From assembly GCA_051294375.1 (NCBI GenBank), contig CM119268.1, positions 16,707,181 through 16,771,180 of the forward strand: a stretch of DNA of 64,000 nt, read 5' to 3'. This DNA is from Paraspadella gotoi (Eukaryota; Animalia; Chaetognatha). The stretch's first letter is position 1. Each line of letters starts with the position of its first letter. Position numbers and translations under genes: made by a program. Under the pieces are notes generated by a model that saw only the letters and a list, made by a program, of their open reading frames with translations, did not search any database and was not told the DNA's origin. Below, piece by piece: positions 19,887 through 31,597 of this stretch.

Positions 19887-21204
19887 CAATAACATTCCTA
19901 TTTTTTTCCGATTAATCTCTGTACAGTGTTGTTAAAATCGTTACCGCCTGAAAAATAATATGATGCTGTTGGTTGTTATATTTTGATTACGTGAGTTTAG
20001 CTTCTTTTGCTTTACTAAAGAATTTTCGCAATAAAAGTTTGCATAGAGCTCGTTTTTAGAAAAATATCAAAATCTTTCTTAAGCTTATTCTTAAGTAGAC
20101 GACACTAATTCACATATATTTATGACAGTTCATCAATTTTTATGGTGCTTGGTAATCAATGCAATATCTGCAACTAACCTCCGTTCCTTGCCAGAGTATT
20201 TTTGATTCAAAATAAAACTTTTAAAGCTTATGGATTTTGTTTAAATAATTAGGGAGACGAGGGAAAGAAAGAAATATATCTCTTAACAGATTTTATAACT
20301 TATCATCATTTAGTAGGTTAATCGGTTGTCAAGCAAAGATATTCGTATAATTGAATAATTCTTCATATTGAAGCCTGAGCAAGGTTACTTTAAAAAAAAT
20401 CGTCTTTTGCTGTTACTTATTTCTGGTCAGCGTTTCCTGGAGATATATCAACAAACCAACTTACGATTTCCCTATTTCTCCACCTTGCACCAGGAGCCCT
20501 TGGATAAGAAAAATCGGTTCCCCATAAAAGATTGCATGATATCTGGCTCAGGTCCTGCTTCTGCAATCCAACTCTGGAGCGATGAGAAGAAAGAGGCAAA
20601 TGTCTTCGTTTCTTAGTTGCGAAGTAAAACGAAATATCTCGTGTCTGAAAAGCGAATTTGCCAAAATGTTAGAAGATTTAAAAAAAAATAAAAATAAAAG
20701 GATTTGTCTCTATTTAATCTATTAGCGGAGCACAATCAATCAATCACACCTTTTATACAACGCTCCTCAGACAAGGACGTGTTTGAGCCGTACTTTCTAC
20801 GCAACTCAATTTCTTCGTGACAACCAGAAAAAAACAAAGCAACGAGAGTAAAGAAACTTCGCGCTTTTTTCTCCCCAACGACGGAAAAACAACAAAGCAA
20901 CGGATTTGGTTCGTAGAAAACGTGGAGCGACATTCCATAACCCTGAAAAACCCAATTCGATTTTTGCGCCAATGAAATTTTCTTTCACCTTACTTTCCTC
21001 AAACGTCGTAATATATAAGAACTAATATCCGACCAACCTCAACAATCATTTACAACTTACCTTTATCAAAGGGCGAATCCTTTCCAATTCGAGACTTACC
21101 TTACATCCGGGCAACTGCTGGTTTAAAAATCCTATACCTCCCGACATTTTGTCATTAATCAAACGACTGTTTAAAATCCTTTTCCCGTCCTATACTTATC
21201 AAAC

Positions 21205-23283
21205 ATGGCGACCGTCGACGTCAACTCTTTCTTCCTTCTCTTCAACGGGGTCGTTGCTTTTTTGACACAGGTATGCTATTCTCGGTAATTTGTTAAGATA
21301 CAATAATTATTTAATATATGAGTTTAAATAAAGACCATGAAAATGAAAATGAAAACCAATAAAAATAAAAAATAAAAACTTTTTTCGTCATAAAATAATA
21401 TTCAATGCGCTTAATTATTAATATTAATCGTATAAAAGAATTCCAGAGACTTCGTGAAAATAATATCCATTTATCCTTTTTTTTTTAAATCTTCTTCATT
21501 TTGGAAAATTATTTTCCTGTAAACAACAACAACCCCCAGGTCGGTTTCGCCTTGCTGGAGTGCGGCCTCCTCCGCTCCAAGAACGCCGCCTCCGTCCTCA
21601 TTCAACGCCTCGTCGACGTCTCCATCGTCGCCTTCGTCTTCTGGGTCTTCGGCTTCGCCTTTGCCCGCGGCGACGCTACCCGCTCCAACGCCTTCATCGG
21701 CTACTGGAGCTTCGCTGGGGACGACATCGACGGAAGGTTCGCCGAGTGGTTCTTCCAGTTCCTTCAGGTGCGTGGGAGGCGTTGTTTAGTTCGCGCTTTA
21801 TTATTTGAAATATTGAGGACGTTTTAGCTTTAAAATTGTATTCATTTTTTTCAATTCATTAATGTCTCCGCTTCGTGACAATACTTCACTACATCACTTG
21901 AAGTAAAAATTCAGTTCAATTTCAATATTTAATCCTGTTACATATCTAATCTATTGAATCATCATAATTTTCAAAAGGCGGCCACGGCGACGACGATCGT
22001 GTCTGGCGCCATCGCCGAGCGCGCCACCCTCGCCACCCACGTGATCTTTGACCTTTTCTTCGCCGGGTTCGTCTATCCCGTCATCGCCCATTGGGCCTGG
22101 ACCCCCCAAGGCTTTCTCTTCGACGGCGGGTACCGAGACTTTGCCGGATCAGGAGTGGTCCATCTCTCCGGCGGCGTGGCCGGCCTCGTCGGGGCGGCCA
22201 TCTTGGGTCCGCGACTCGGCCGATTCAACGACCCCGCCGGCCCGGTCAGGGTTGGCGGTCACTCGGTGCCGCTGGCGGTGCTCGGCGGGTTTTTGCTTAT
22301 AGTGGGTGAGTGGAAATTTGGTGCATGGAAGTAGGTTTTGGTTAAGCTTTGTAATCGTGCTATTTTTCTTTCGGAAGAGACATCTCGTGACATTTTTATT
22401 GTTTTTTTTTATCTCTCTTTAAAAACTAAAGTAAATGAAAACATGCATTCATTATAATATTAAAAATAATATTTTTTACATAAAATATTTTTTACCTTCT
22501 TCAGGTCATTTTGGTCTTAAAGCCGGTTGCCATCTCAACTTCGGAATCGCGCCCCCTGGCGACGCCTTCGCCCGCGCCGTCGTCAACACCCTCCTCGCGG
22601 TGATCGCCTCCATCGCCACCGCCGTCAGCATCAACCGCATCATCTCGCTGTTCCGTCCGGACCTCAAGCTCTCCGTAGTGCTGCTGCTGAAGGCTGCTCT
22701 GGCCGGCGTCGCAGCTATCGCCTGCGGCTGCGACAAGCTGCACACGTGGGCGGCTTTGCTCGTGGGCGTGGTCGCCTGTCCTGTGGCTTTGGGCGTGTCC
22801 CGCCTGATTGTCGCCTGCAAGGTCGACGACCCGCTGGACGCGTTCGCAATCAACGCCGGCGCTGGCGCGTGGGGACTTTTGATAACGCCTTTTTTCTGGG
22901 GCGAATACGGTCTCATTTACGGAGCGCCGCGGAAAGTACTGCCCAAGGCCGAATTCATGCTGGGATATCACCTGGCCGGGCTGCTGGTCATCCCTCTGTG
23001 GGCGGGGGCGCTGACAGCCCTCGTATTCGGCGTCCTTTTCGCCCTCAAACGTCTCCGCGTCGACGAAAACGCGGAGACGGTCGGACTCGATATGACGCGC
23101 TTCGGACGATCCGCTTACGGTGACCCCGGAACCTCTATCGGCGGCGGCGTTGCCGGAGGCGGCAGGGGCAACGGGGTGGGCGTGGCCGGCGAAAAGCCCG
23201 GCGCCATTCCGAACGGGGGACGGGATCAAGAGTCTCACGTCGTCACCGTGGGACTGGGACAAAATCCGGCTTGGAGCAAGTGA
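21205..23283 (+). CDS. Amt: Ammonium transporter (Amt/Mep family), non-canonical pore; exons ~21205-21270, 21540-21767, 21978-22305, 22505-23283
   Basis: GFALLECGLLRSKN, TTIVSGAIAER, YPVIAHWAW, DFAGSGVVHLSGG, LGPRLGRF, VDDPLDAF, LRVDENAETVGLD. Confidence 0.92.
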
Positions 23284-25618
23284 AAACGTGTTGGAGAATT
23301 GGAAGGAAAAGGGAATATAGATAAATTCGGGTCTTTTACGGGAGCAAATCGAACAAAGCAAAGACTAGATTAGGAAAGAAAGCTTGACCTGGAGGGTGAT
23401 GAGTCTGAGGTATCGGATTGTGAAAAATCTAGGGAATATTAAACAACGTTTTATTTTGTTATGAGTCAAAAAATTAAGAAAGTAAGAAAAGTAGTCTTTG
23501 GTTTTTAAACTGATGGGATGAAATGAGGATTAATGTTTCTACGAGTAGGACTCTTAAAAGTTTTTTTTACATTCCAACTAAGATGATGTTCAATAATTAT
23601 GAGATTGGTAAACATCCGGCAAAGTGTTCCAATCCTAATGGCTAACCCCATGAATGTATTCACTTTACATGTCATAACTTTCAATCATTATAACTTTTTT
23701 CAGTTAATTGTATTACTAATCATGCTTTGTGTACTGTAACTGTTTTTTTTGTTAAGTGCCTGTCCACAACAATTATGATTACTAAATACATGAACACCTT
23801 ATTAAATTTATATCACTTTTATTTTAAAGATCCTTTTCTTACAGCAGGGAAATTTAAAAGTGCGGATAAACAATGTTTGAAAGTTGTTTTCCTTTTAAAT
23901 CAGAACAGCTAAACATTAACCTAAACGGCCTATGCCGTAACTGTATTGAAATAAAATTGGATTCTTGCTGTGACTCAGAAAATCTCTAATAGTTTTAATA
24001 CAGTTTTGAAGTCACTTTAAGTTTTTAAAACTACATTCAATCGCATGCTTGAGAAATTTTTCTTTTGCGCCACCGAAAACGCGTGTCGCTCAAACTCGCG
24101 ATACCAACACGCGACAGTCACATTCGGTCATTCCAATTCCATTTTAGGAATGCCCATTCGAAAAGAAAGTAACAGAAAATTACCTCTTCAATCGATACAC
24201 GATTGAGTTCCAAATGCCTTGAATTGCCATCGGTCAATGGCCATGGGAGTCGAGCGGGTCGATGGTGAGAAAAAGGAAAGTTACTTCTTAACTTTCTTAC
24301 CTAAAATTTATTTAAAATTCCATTAATTTTTTCTTACTTATCTATTAGTAATTTCGTGGTCAAAGTTTGTTCTTGCGTCTTTGCTAAGTTTTAGCAAAAT
24401 TAGAATCGAGAGTGTATTTTAAACAAAATTGAATTTTATCGGTAATTATTATGTGGTCTCTGCAGTTATGTTAAAAACTTGTTCAAAAACGCAAAGCCGG
24501 TTATTGAAAATGTCGAGAGTCTATCTATCAATCATCATCATACATCAATTGCTATAATCGAATATATGTATCTGACGACTTAACATAATTTTTTTCCTTT
24601 TTAACCTTTTCTCTCAAATTGACTCGTTTATACCTTCTCGCTAATAAAGTCAACACTCGGCACGAAAAAGAAAGGAAGCTCGAAGGAGGTAAGAGGAAGG
24701 TAAGGGCAAAGGGTCCCCTTTTTTAGAGATCGAACAAGGACGACGACGATAACGACGACGATGACGACGACTGCGATGTCCTTTCAATTTTACCTCGAAC
24801 CGTCGAACGAAAACAAAAGTGTAAGAACTAAGAAGAACTAAGAAGAACCTTGAAAAACGAAAAAATAAGCGCGACACCAGTTTTTTTCTTCTTCTCTTTT
24901 CGTCCCATTTTCCCGTCAAATTTCTCTCTTAATTTTTTTTTCTGACACATTAAATTAGCTTTCTTTCTTCATAAAAAAAAATGATCATGGTGGTTTATTT
25001 TAAATAATTTTAATGTTTGTTACATCTATTTCGCCAGTAAACAATATTTTTTATCAGTGTAAATTCTTTTTAAAATTTAATAAAATATTTTCTTTGCATT
25101 TTAATTTAAATTTATATAATTTCAGTGACGCATGACTTTCCGCACACTTTCAGCAAAAGCAACGTTTTCGACTTGGATTCGCTTTTTTTCGCTTTCGTGT
25201 TTTCTCGGGACTTTTTTTTTTCTTTGCTTCCCGTCGTCTATTTTACGTCCTTCCGTCTTTTTCCCCCTCCCCTTTTCGACCGGGCCGAAAGTAATTCGTG
25301 GTTTATATCAACTCTTAAAAATACAAAACGTTTTAGAAATATAAACGATTGTCGGCAAAACTCAAAGTTAAAGCATCAAATTCATTTTGGAAAATACGCT
25401 GCTTGTCTTTCCCGTCCAACGCAATCTGTCTCAACCATCATAATAAAGTTGTTGCACCGAGTTATGAATAACCGTTCCACAAATTTTTATCTCAAATCAA
25501 CCTAGTACCTTGTACAATTTTCTCGCAAACGGACAGATAATATAAATTGTTTTATGACTTTAATCGCTCAATCAATCCATACAGCAGCCAACTCACCCTG
25601 TATCCTAAGACCGACGTC

Positions 25619-28600
25619 ATGGGTTTCGGACTCCAGCGCTTCGTCTCCGCTATCGACGACAATCTCATCTGCGGAATCTGCTCCGCCGTGTTCGAGGACG
25701 CGGTGCTGACATCTTGCGGCCACGCCTACTGCCTGATCTGCCTCAGGACGTGGGTGGAAAGAGGAGGGAGAATCAGGAATAACGGTGAGGGATGTTTTTT
25801 GTTTAGCTTTTTTATAATTGATAATATTCGTTATGCGCAGCACTGAGTAACGTGTCAATCGTGAGTGTATCAGAAACTCCGCGTAGTGTGCAAATTGCAC
25901 AGAACTATCAACAAAAAGTTCATGTTCAATTTGCTACTAATTATTATGCTGACGCTCAAATCATAAATGCAAAATGACTTAGTTTTACAATTGCCGTTTC
26001 ACTTCATTTTCAATTTCAAACGCTCCCATTTCGACATTGATATATTCCTAATTTTTGGGAAAGGAACCAAAATAATGTTGCAACAACTAAACGCGACCTT
26101 ATCAAATCAAGAATCTGGTCAATCTCTCACTCAATCACGGAGGGCTGAACTCAGTCCCGTTTACTTGCCACAATAAATGTTTAATCCCGAAACAGATTAC
26201 ATCACAAATGACATGTCCCGAAGTTTTTCGAAAGCGGGTCCCCATTTTATCGACATTTAAGTTTAATTCGTAACCGGGGGACCAGGATAACTCCGACAAT
26301 AAAAACAGTTTATACCGCATGCGGATTTCCCGAGGGAGAAATGCTTGATTAGTCCGAGGACGGATCGCGGGAAAGGCACTTGTTGATTCCATGCCAAAAA
26401 ATAACACAACACCTCGTGACAAAAGAACGTTAAATCTTTAATCTTCTAAAATTAATTCGTCTCCGTTTTGCTGGAAACCTTTAGCATTTTTATATTACAG
26501 CCTTTTGTTTCCAAGAACATTTATTTATTGAATTTCTTATTTATTACGCCTCTATCATTATTTATTACTTTTTCCTGTATTATGAGACTAAATAAAAGAA
26601 TTTTCCAACATTTCCGCCTGAAATATACCTAAAAGTATCCTCGAAAATCTAAACGGGAAGTCAGTTGTCGTTGTCGATTCTGTTGCTTTTATATTCATTT
26701 TAAAATTTTTTTTATTTCAATATTTTGAAATTATATATTTCTACAAATGTTTACCACATCTAAGTTGATCTAACACGATTTGTATTAAGTATTGAATCGA
26801 AATGCTAACCGATGGACTTTCTTATTATCGATTCGAACCAGAGACCTAACGGTCAACGCATCATCCCTGACGCGACCCCGTGCGTCGTCGCATTCGGATG
26901 GCATTTTAATTCCAACTGTCAAAATGAATTAAGTCGACTTCGATCTCCTGACACACACTTTCTCTTTCTGCTTTGTTAATAAATACACTATTTTTCTTAA
27001 ACCCTGGTCGCTTCGCCTAATCCTTAATACATAGCATAACTTCCGAGGGACGAGGTGGGATGGATTCATCGACATATAGAGTTGGAGGCATTGACTCGAA
27101 TTAATTGGAGTGTTCCCTCGCTATAATTCAAATTTGACACGTTTGTCATGCGAATTGATATGTAAATCATAATAATACGAGTGGTACGCTCTGCAACGTT
27201 AAAAGTTGGCTAAAGTGAGATGAGTTTAAAAAAGCAAATAATTTTTATCTCTTTGAATTTATGGCTCAAGATGCTTAAACTCTTCATATAAAAAAGTCCC
27301 TAGTACTTATAGTTATACCGAAGGTAAAGGATTAACAATTCAAAATTACTTTTAATTTCATCCCACTAACAATAAATTAGTAATTAAATGCATTGGATCT
27401 TTCAATCTAAAGCCGTTAATATCAGGCCGAGCCCCGCCCACTTGCCCCGAGTGCCGAGCGCCCTGCTCCCTCGAACTCGCTCGTCCCATTCACGCCGTCA
27501 GAAACCTCATCAACGCTCTGGAAGTAAATTGCAGCAACGATGAGAGGGGATGCAAGGTGAGAGCGTCAAAGCTTTATAGTCGGTCGAGGATAAAAATATT
27601 TTTATGACTCCATCTTCAAACAGGTCGTGGTGCGGCTGGAGTTGTTACCGCATCATTTGGAGGAGTGCGCTTACGCCGCCACGGAATGCGCCCGGTGCGG
27701 ATTGACCATTAACAGGTGACGGAGATGAGCTGGCGTCGAATAAATACTTTAATAATAATTTAGACAACGACGATGAATGTTATTGACGACCCGTTCCGAT
27801 ATCAGATACGAGCTTCCGGCGCACCACGCCATGTGCGTCGCCATCATCGGCGATTTGGCCGACGACATGAGAGGAGCCGACGACAGAGACGATGAGGACG
27901 ACGACGAAGATAACGACGACCAAGGATTTCGGAAAAATCGTCAAAGGTCAAAGTTCAAAGGAAAAACTTTCAAGTCCCATCAACTTGAATCACGACTGAG
28001 AGACACGGAGCGAGAATTGGCGGCAACTAAAAAACGCAATGAAGAATTGGCGCGCCGTCTGTCAGAGACGGAAGCGGAACTAGGCCGGAAGGAAGTAAGT
28101 TTCCATTGAAATTTTTATCAATTACATGATTAATTATAAAACAGCCCCAACTTTTTAAATCTTTTCAAACGGGCTTGTCAAATAAAAAACTTTTATTCCA
28201 CATTTCTAAACAAAAGGACGAGTTGCGTCGTCGCTCTCGGGAATTGGTTCACGAGCGCCACCACAAGAAAAAAGTTTCGGAAGAACAAAAGACGTCAGAG
28301 ATCTCGGAAATGGAAATAAATGCCCGACGGATAAATAGTGGTTCGATTTGATTTCGTAGAGTTTTTAGTTGAATCAAAAGTTTGTGAAAGTCCTCATTAC
28401 AAGTACTAACTGCAGCGGAACCAGTGCCGTTTGATCGGAGCCAAGACACAGCGTATCACGACGCTGATCTCATCACTTCTCGGTCTGTCGTCGGCGGAGA
28501 CAACCGTAGTGATGCCACCCGCTTCATCGACCGTGACAACGTTGTGTCACGAGAGCTCATCACCTCTTCTGACCAGATCGATGGGCACTCTGTAGGGACG

Positions 28601-29739
28601 CAGTCGAATTCTACGCCCGCGAGAGACATCGACGCTGGAGGGAACAGCAGATTCTGTCGACGCCATCATCGGGTTACCGGAGGACCCTCGTCGGCGCCCA
28701 ACTCGAGTCGAAGGAGATTCGAAGGCGTCGAAGAGAGGTTGGAAGAAAAGACTGGGTTCGGAGACAAGGAGGATCAATTACGAAAAATTCCGTAAGGCTG
28801 ATCTATGTGGGCAGCTTCAGGAAATTTAGTTCAAAGAAAACTATTAAAATTAGAACCTCACGTTCTTTAAAGCATAGTATTAATGGCTAATTAGACTTAT
28901 TTTAAAACTTAGTTGATAATAATAAATATCCCTTAGATATGCGTGGACGAGGTCCTCGAACGAACGTCTCACGTCCCTCGTCGACAGGAAGCCACTCGAA
29001 GCCGACAACTCGGCACTTACGACGATCCTCTCTTCGTCCAGATTCGGGGGAAGACGCGTCGAGGCTTCGACGAGCGAATTCGGGTCGCGAACGCCGAAGA
29101 AGACCTTCCGATCGACGACGCCATCGTCGGAAGCCAGGAGCGTCGTCTTCGGATCGAAACCGGAAGTCTTCACATTTACGACAGGATCCCCATTATTGAT
29201 CAAGAGGTGATTTATTTATTTTTATTTCAAATTTAACGATTAATATTGCAAATTATATTCTGAAAAAAAATTTAACACCAATCATTTTTGCTAGTCGAAG
29301 TCAAGGGGACGTGAATCAAAGCAGTGACCGACGTAAAAATCAACGGACAGAAACCCTAACTCGTCGTTTCATGAACGAATCGGCCAGTTTAATTTCCCGC
29401 TACCTCCTTTGCAAACCGTCCATGATCGATCGATACCAGGCGAGAAAGGAGGGAAAATACTGCCATTATTACTACTACTAATATTACTACTATAGTATTG
29501 GAAATTATAAATAGTGAAAAAAAAGGGTCAAAGCAAAATTTACATTTCAGATATTTGCTACCATCCGACGTGGTTTTCACGAATTTGGCCATTTCCCAAG
29601 CAACGATCTCGAAGCCACGGCTGACTTATACAAGTTGCTCGTCACCGCGGCCGCGAGCAATTGGTTCGGCGAAGAGCAGCGACAGGAAATCGACGTTTGG
29701 CTAAAGTCTCTAGCTGAGAAAGGTTTACCTCATGATTAA
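25619..29739 (+). CDS. RING-finger E3 ligase with TRAF/SIAH-type zinc finger and coiled coil (RNF41/RNF151/PDZRN-like N-terminus, no PDZ seen); ~9 exons
   Basis: MGFGLQRF...LICGICSAVFEDAVLTSCGHAYCLIC / TCPECR, CSNDERGC, HLEEC, CARC...HHAMC; coiled-coil exon 27806-28093; in-frame chain to TAA at 29739. Confidence 0.82.
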
Positions 29740-29921
29740 GACTGTACCTGGAGCATTGTTAACTGTATTAATCTGTGGCTATTTTCGACAAATGCTTGTA
29801 TATGTACCAATGTACCATTGTACCTCAAAGCAAAACAATGACAAATTATTTCGAATTTTATACTGTATTTAAGCGAATACATAAGAACGTGTCATTAAAA
29901 CAGAATAAACTGAAATGTAAC

Positions 29922-31289
29922 TCAGGTAGGGGGTGAACCATTATAATAGTTTAAAGCTGGCTGGTACGAGTATGACCAATAATGACAACAGGCCTGCTTT
30001 TCTTGAGAACATTGCGGAATAATACTGTCGTAAAAGGTATTTAATAAAAAGTAAGCGCCGAAATAAAACGCAAATAAAAACAAAAACCATCTAAAAAATA
30101 ATTGAAAACATCTGGAAAAACTAGTATAACTAAATATTGTAAAACATCGGCAATCTCGATTGTCAATCTTGGAATGTTCGTTGAGGATTTTGGCGTCGAG
30201 GGGGGAGTAAGAACGCAATTGTTTGTCTATGATTTTGCTCGTAGAATTGTTGTTGTTGTCTTGACCAAGGATAACGAACTTCGAAGCGGGGAGATAAATG
30301 TTGTTAGTACTGTTTGGAGTTATTGGTTTTACAAAGTTGTCGGAACTGAAAATCTCTGCCTCGTGTTCAATCGGCCGGTATGAAGTAGAAACGCCGATCC
30401 GTAAATCCTCAGTCAGATCTCCTAAACTCGCCTCAAAACCGTTAACGGGCAAATTATGATAGTCACTAGTGACGGCGGGGTGATCTGAAACACTTTTCAT
30501 GCTTGCTGGGGTTTTAGGTTTCAGCTTCAAGTTCGTGAAAGATTGCCTATCAGTTTTGGATCTGATATTAATTCCCCAGTCTGGTTCATAAACAAACGTC
30601 GTTGATTCATTCACAGTCGTTTCTTCCCTTTTCTCACTTTCCATCCGCAAAGCGACGCTTTTTTGCACCCTTTCTAAATTCTCCCCGAAGGAATCGAATG
30701 CCTTCGACAGCTGGCGGGACTCGAACCTGGGACGACCCGGGACGAAGACCGACGAAGCAAATGGTAACAGAGGAACGCATCGTCTTGACGGAAGCGGTGT
30801 ATAAAAAGGATTGTGACAAACGGGCGGCGGACTGTAAGTTGGTTTTAGTTCCTCTATCAGAGCGAATACGGACTTCATTGCCACCCTGACGGCACGGAAA
30901 CTGTCGAGATGACAGACGAAAGGTATCGAGAAGTCAGCGGTAGGCTGAGCGGCGGCGGCGGTTGCGGCGCCGGTATCGTCGTAAGAGTCCAAATTCGTTC
31001 CCAAGCGAAGTTCTCTGTCCAATTTTCTCGCTGCCCGATGCCATCTGTAAACGAGGCTGCGACGCCGATCATCGTCCAGTCTTTTCCACGACGCAACCAT
31101 CTCTCTGCGAAGAAATTCATCGTCGAACGCTTTAATTTCAAGAGGTGTCGAGTTGTTCTGGTTTAATTCTTGATTGACGGTCTCTCTTATTGATTCGTAC
31201 AAAAAGCGAACTCGTCGGAGAAACTGTTGCCGAACTTTAATGGACGTGTTCTTCGAGGTTTCGATGGTCGGTTTTGATTTAATCTCCAT
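29922..31289 (-). CDS. 455-aa tail-anchored KASH-domain protein (outer nuclear membrane, LINC complex candidate)
   Basis: Long single ORF; hydrophobic helix FLFLFAFYFGAYFLL followed by the C-terminal SYQPALNYYNGSPPT-stop, matching the KASH pattern S-aromatic-x-P-x-L-x-Y-x-NG-x-PP-x. Confidence 0.8.
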   Translation of the reverse strand: MEIKSKPTIETSKNTSIKVRQQFLRRVRFLYESIRETVNQELNQNNSTPLEIKAFDDEFLRREMVASWKRLDDDRRRSLVYRWHRAARKLDRELRLGTNLDSYDDTGAATAAAAQPTADFSIPFVCHLDSFRAVRVAMKSVFALIEELKPTYSPPPVCHNPFYTPLPSRRCVPLLPFASSVFVPGRPRFESRQLSKAFDSFGENLERVQKSVALRMESEKREETTVNESTTFVYEPDWGINIRSKTDRQSFTNLKLKPKTPASMKSVSDHPAVTSDYHNLPVNGFEASLGDLTEDLRIGVSTSYRPIEHEAEIFSSDNFVKPITPNSTNNIYLPASKFVILGQDNNNNSTSKIIDKQLRSYSPLDAKILNEHSKIDNRDCRCFTIFSYTSFSRCFQLFFRWFLFLFAFYFGAYFLLNTFYDSIIPQCSQEKQACCHYWSYSYQPALNYYNGSPPT

Positions 31290-31597
31290 GGTAACAGGGC
31301 CTTTTTTTTAAAAAAAAGGGGGCTGAAATATAAAAATTAGTCACCGAAATATAAAATAAGTACGACAAAAATAATATTTAACGGGCAAGGCACAATATTT
31401 CATTTTGTGCGAGAATACAAAGACACTTCGATAAATTAAAAAGTTAAAAATAGAAAAGATGGGGTTTCTTTAAAGATCATTTATAATAAAAAGGACCGGT
31501 AACACCATTGGAAGACATCGCTGACCCGAGAGGTATAACACATTTTGCACTCGTAACTGCAAAATTTAAAAGAATGTAAACAGGAACAGCAAATTGA

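Noticed and set aside
22501-23361. Long antisense and alternative-frame ORFs over Amt (also over CYP, myosin and 52006-52885)
   Set aside because: Expected shadow ORFs of GC3-rich or trinucleotide-repeat coding exons
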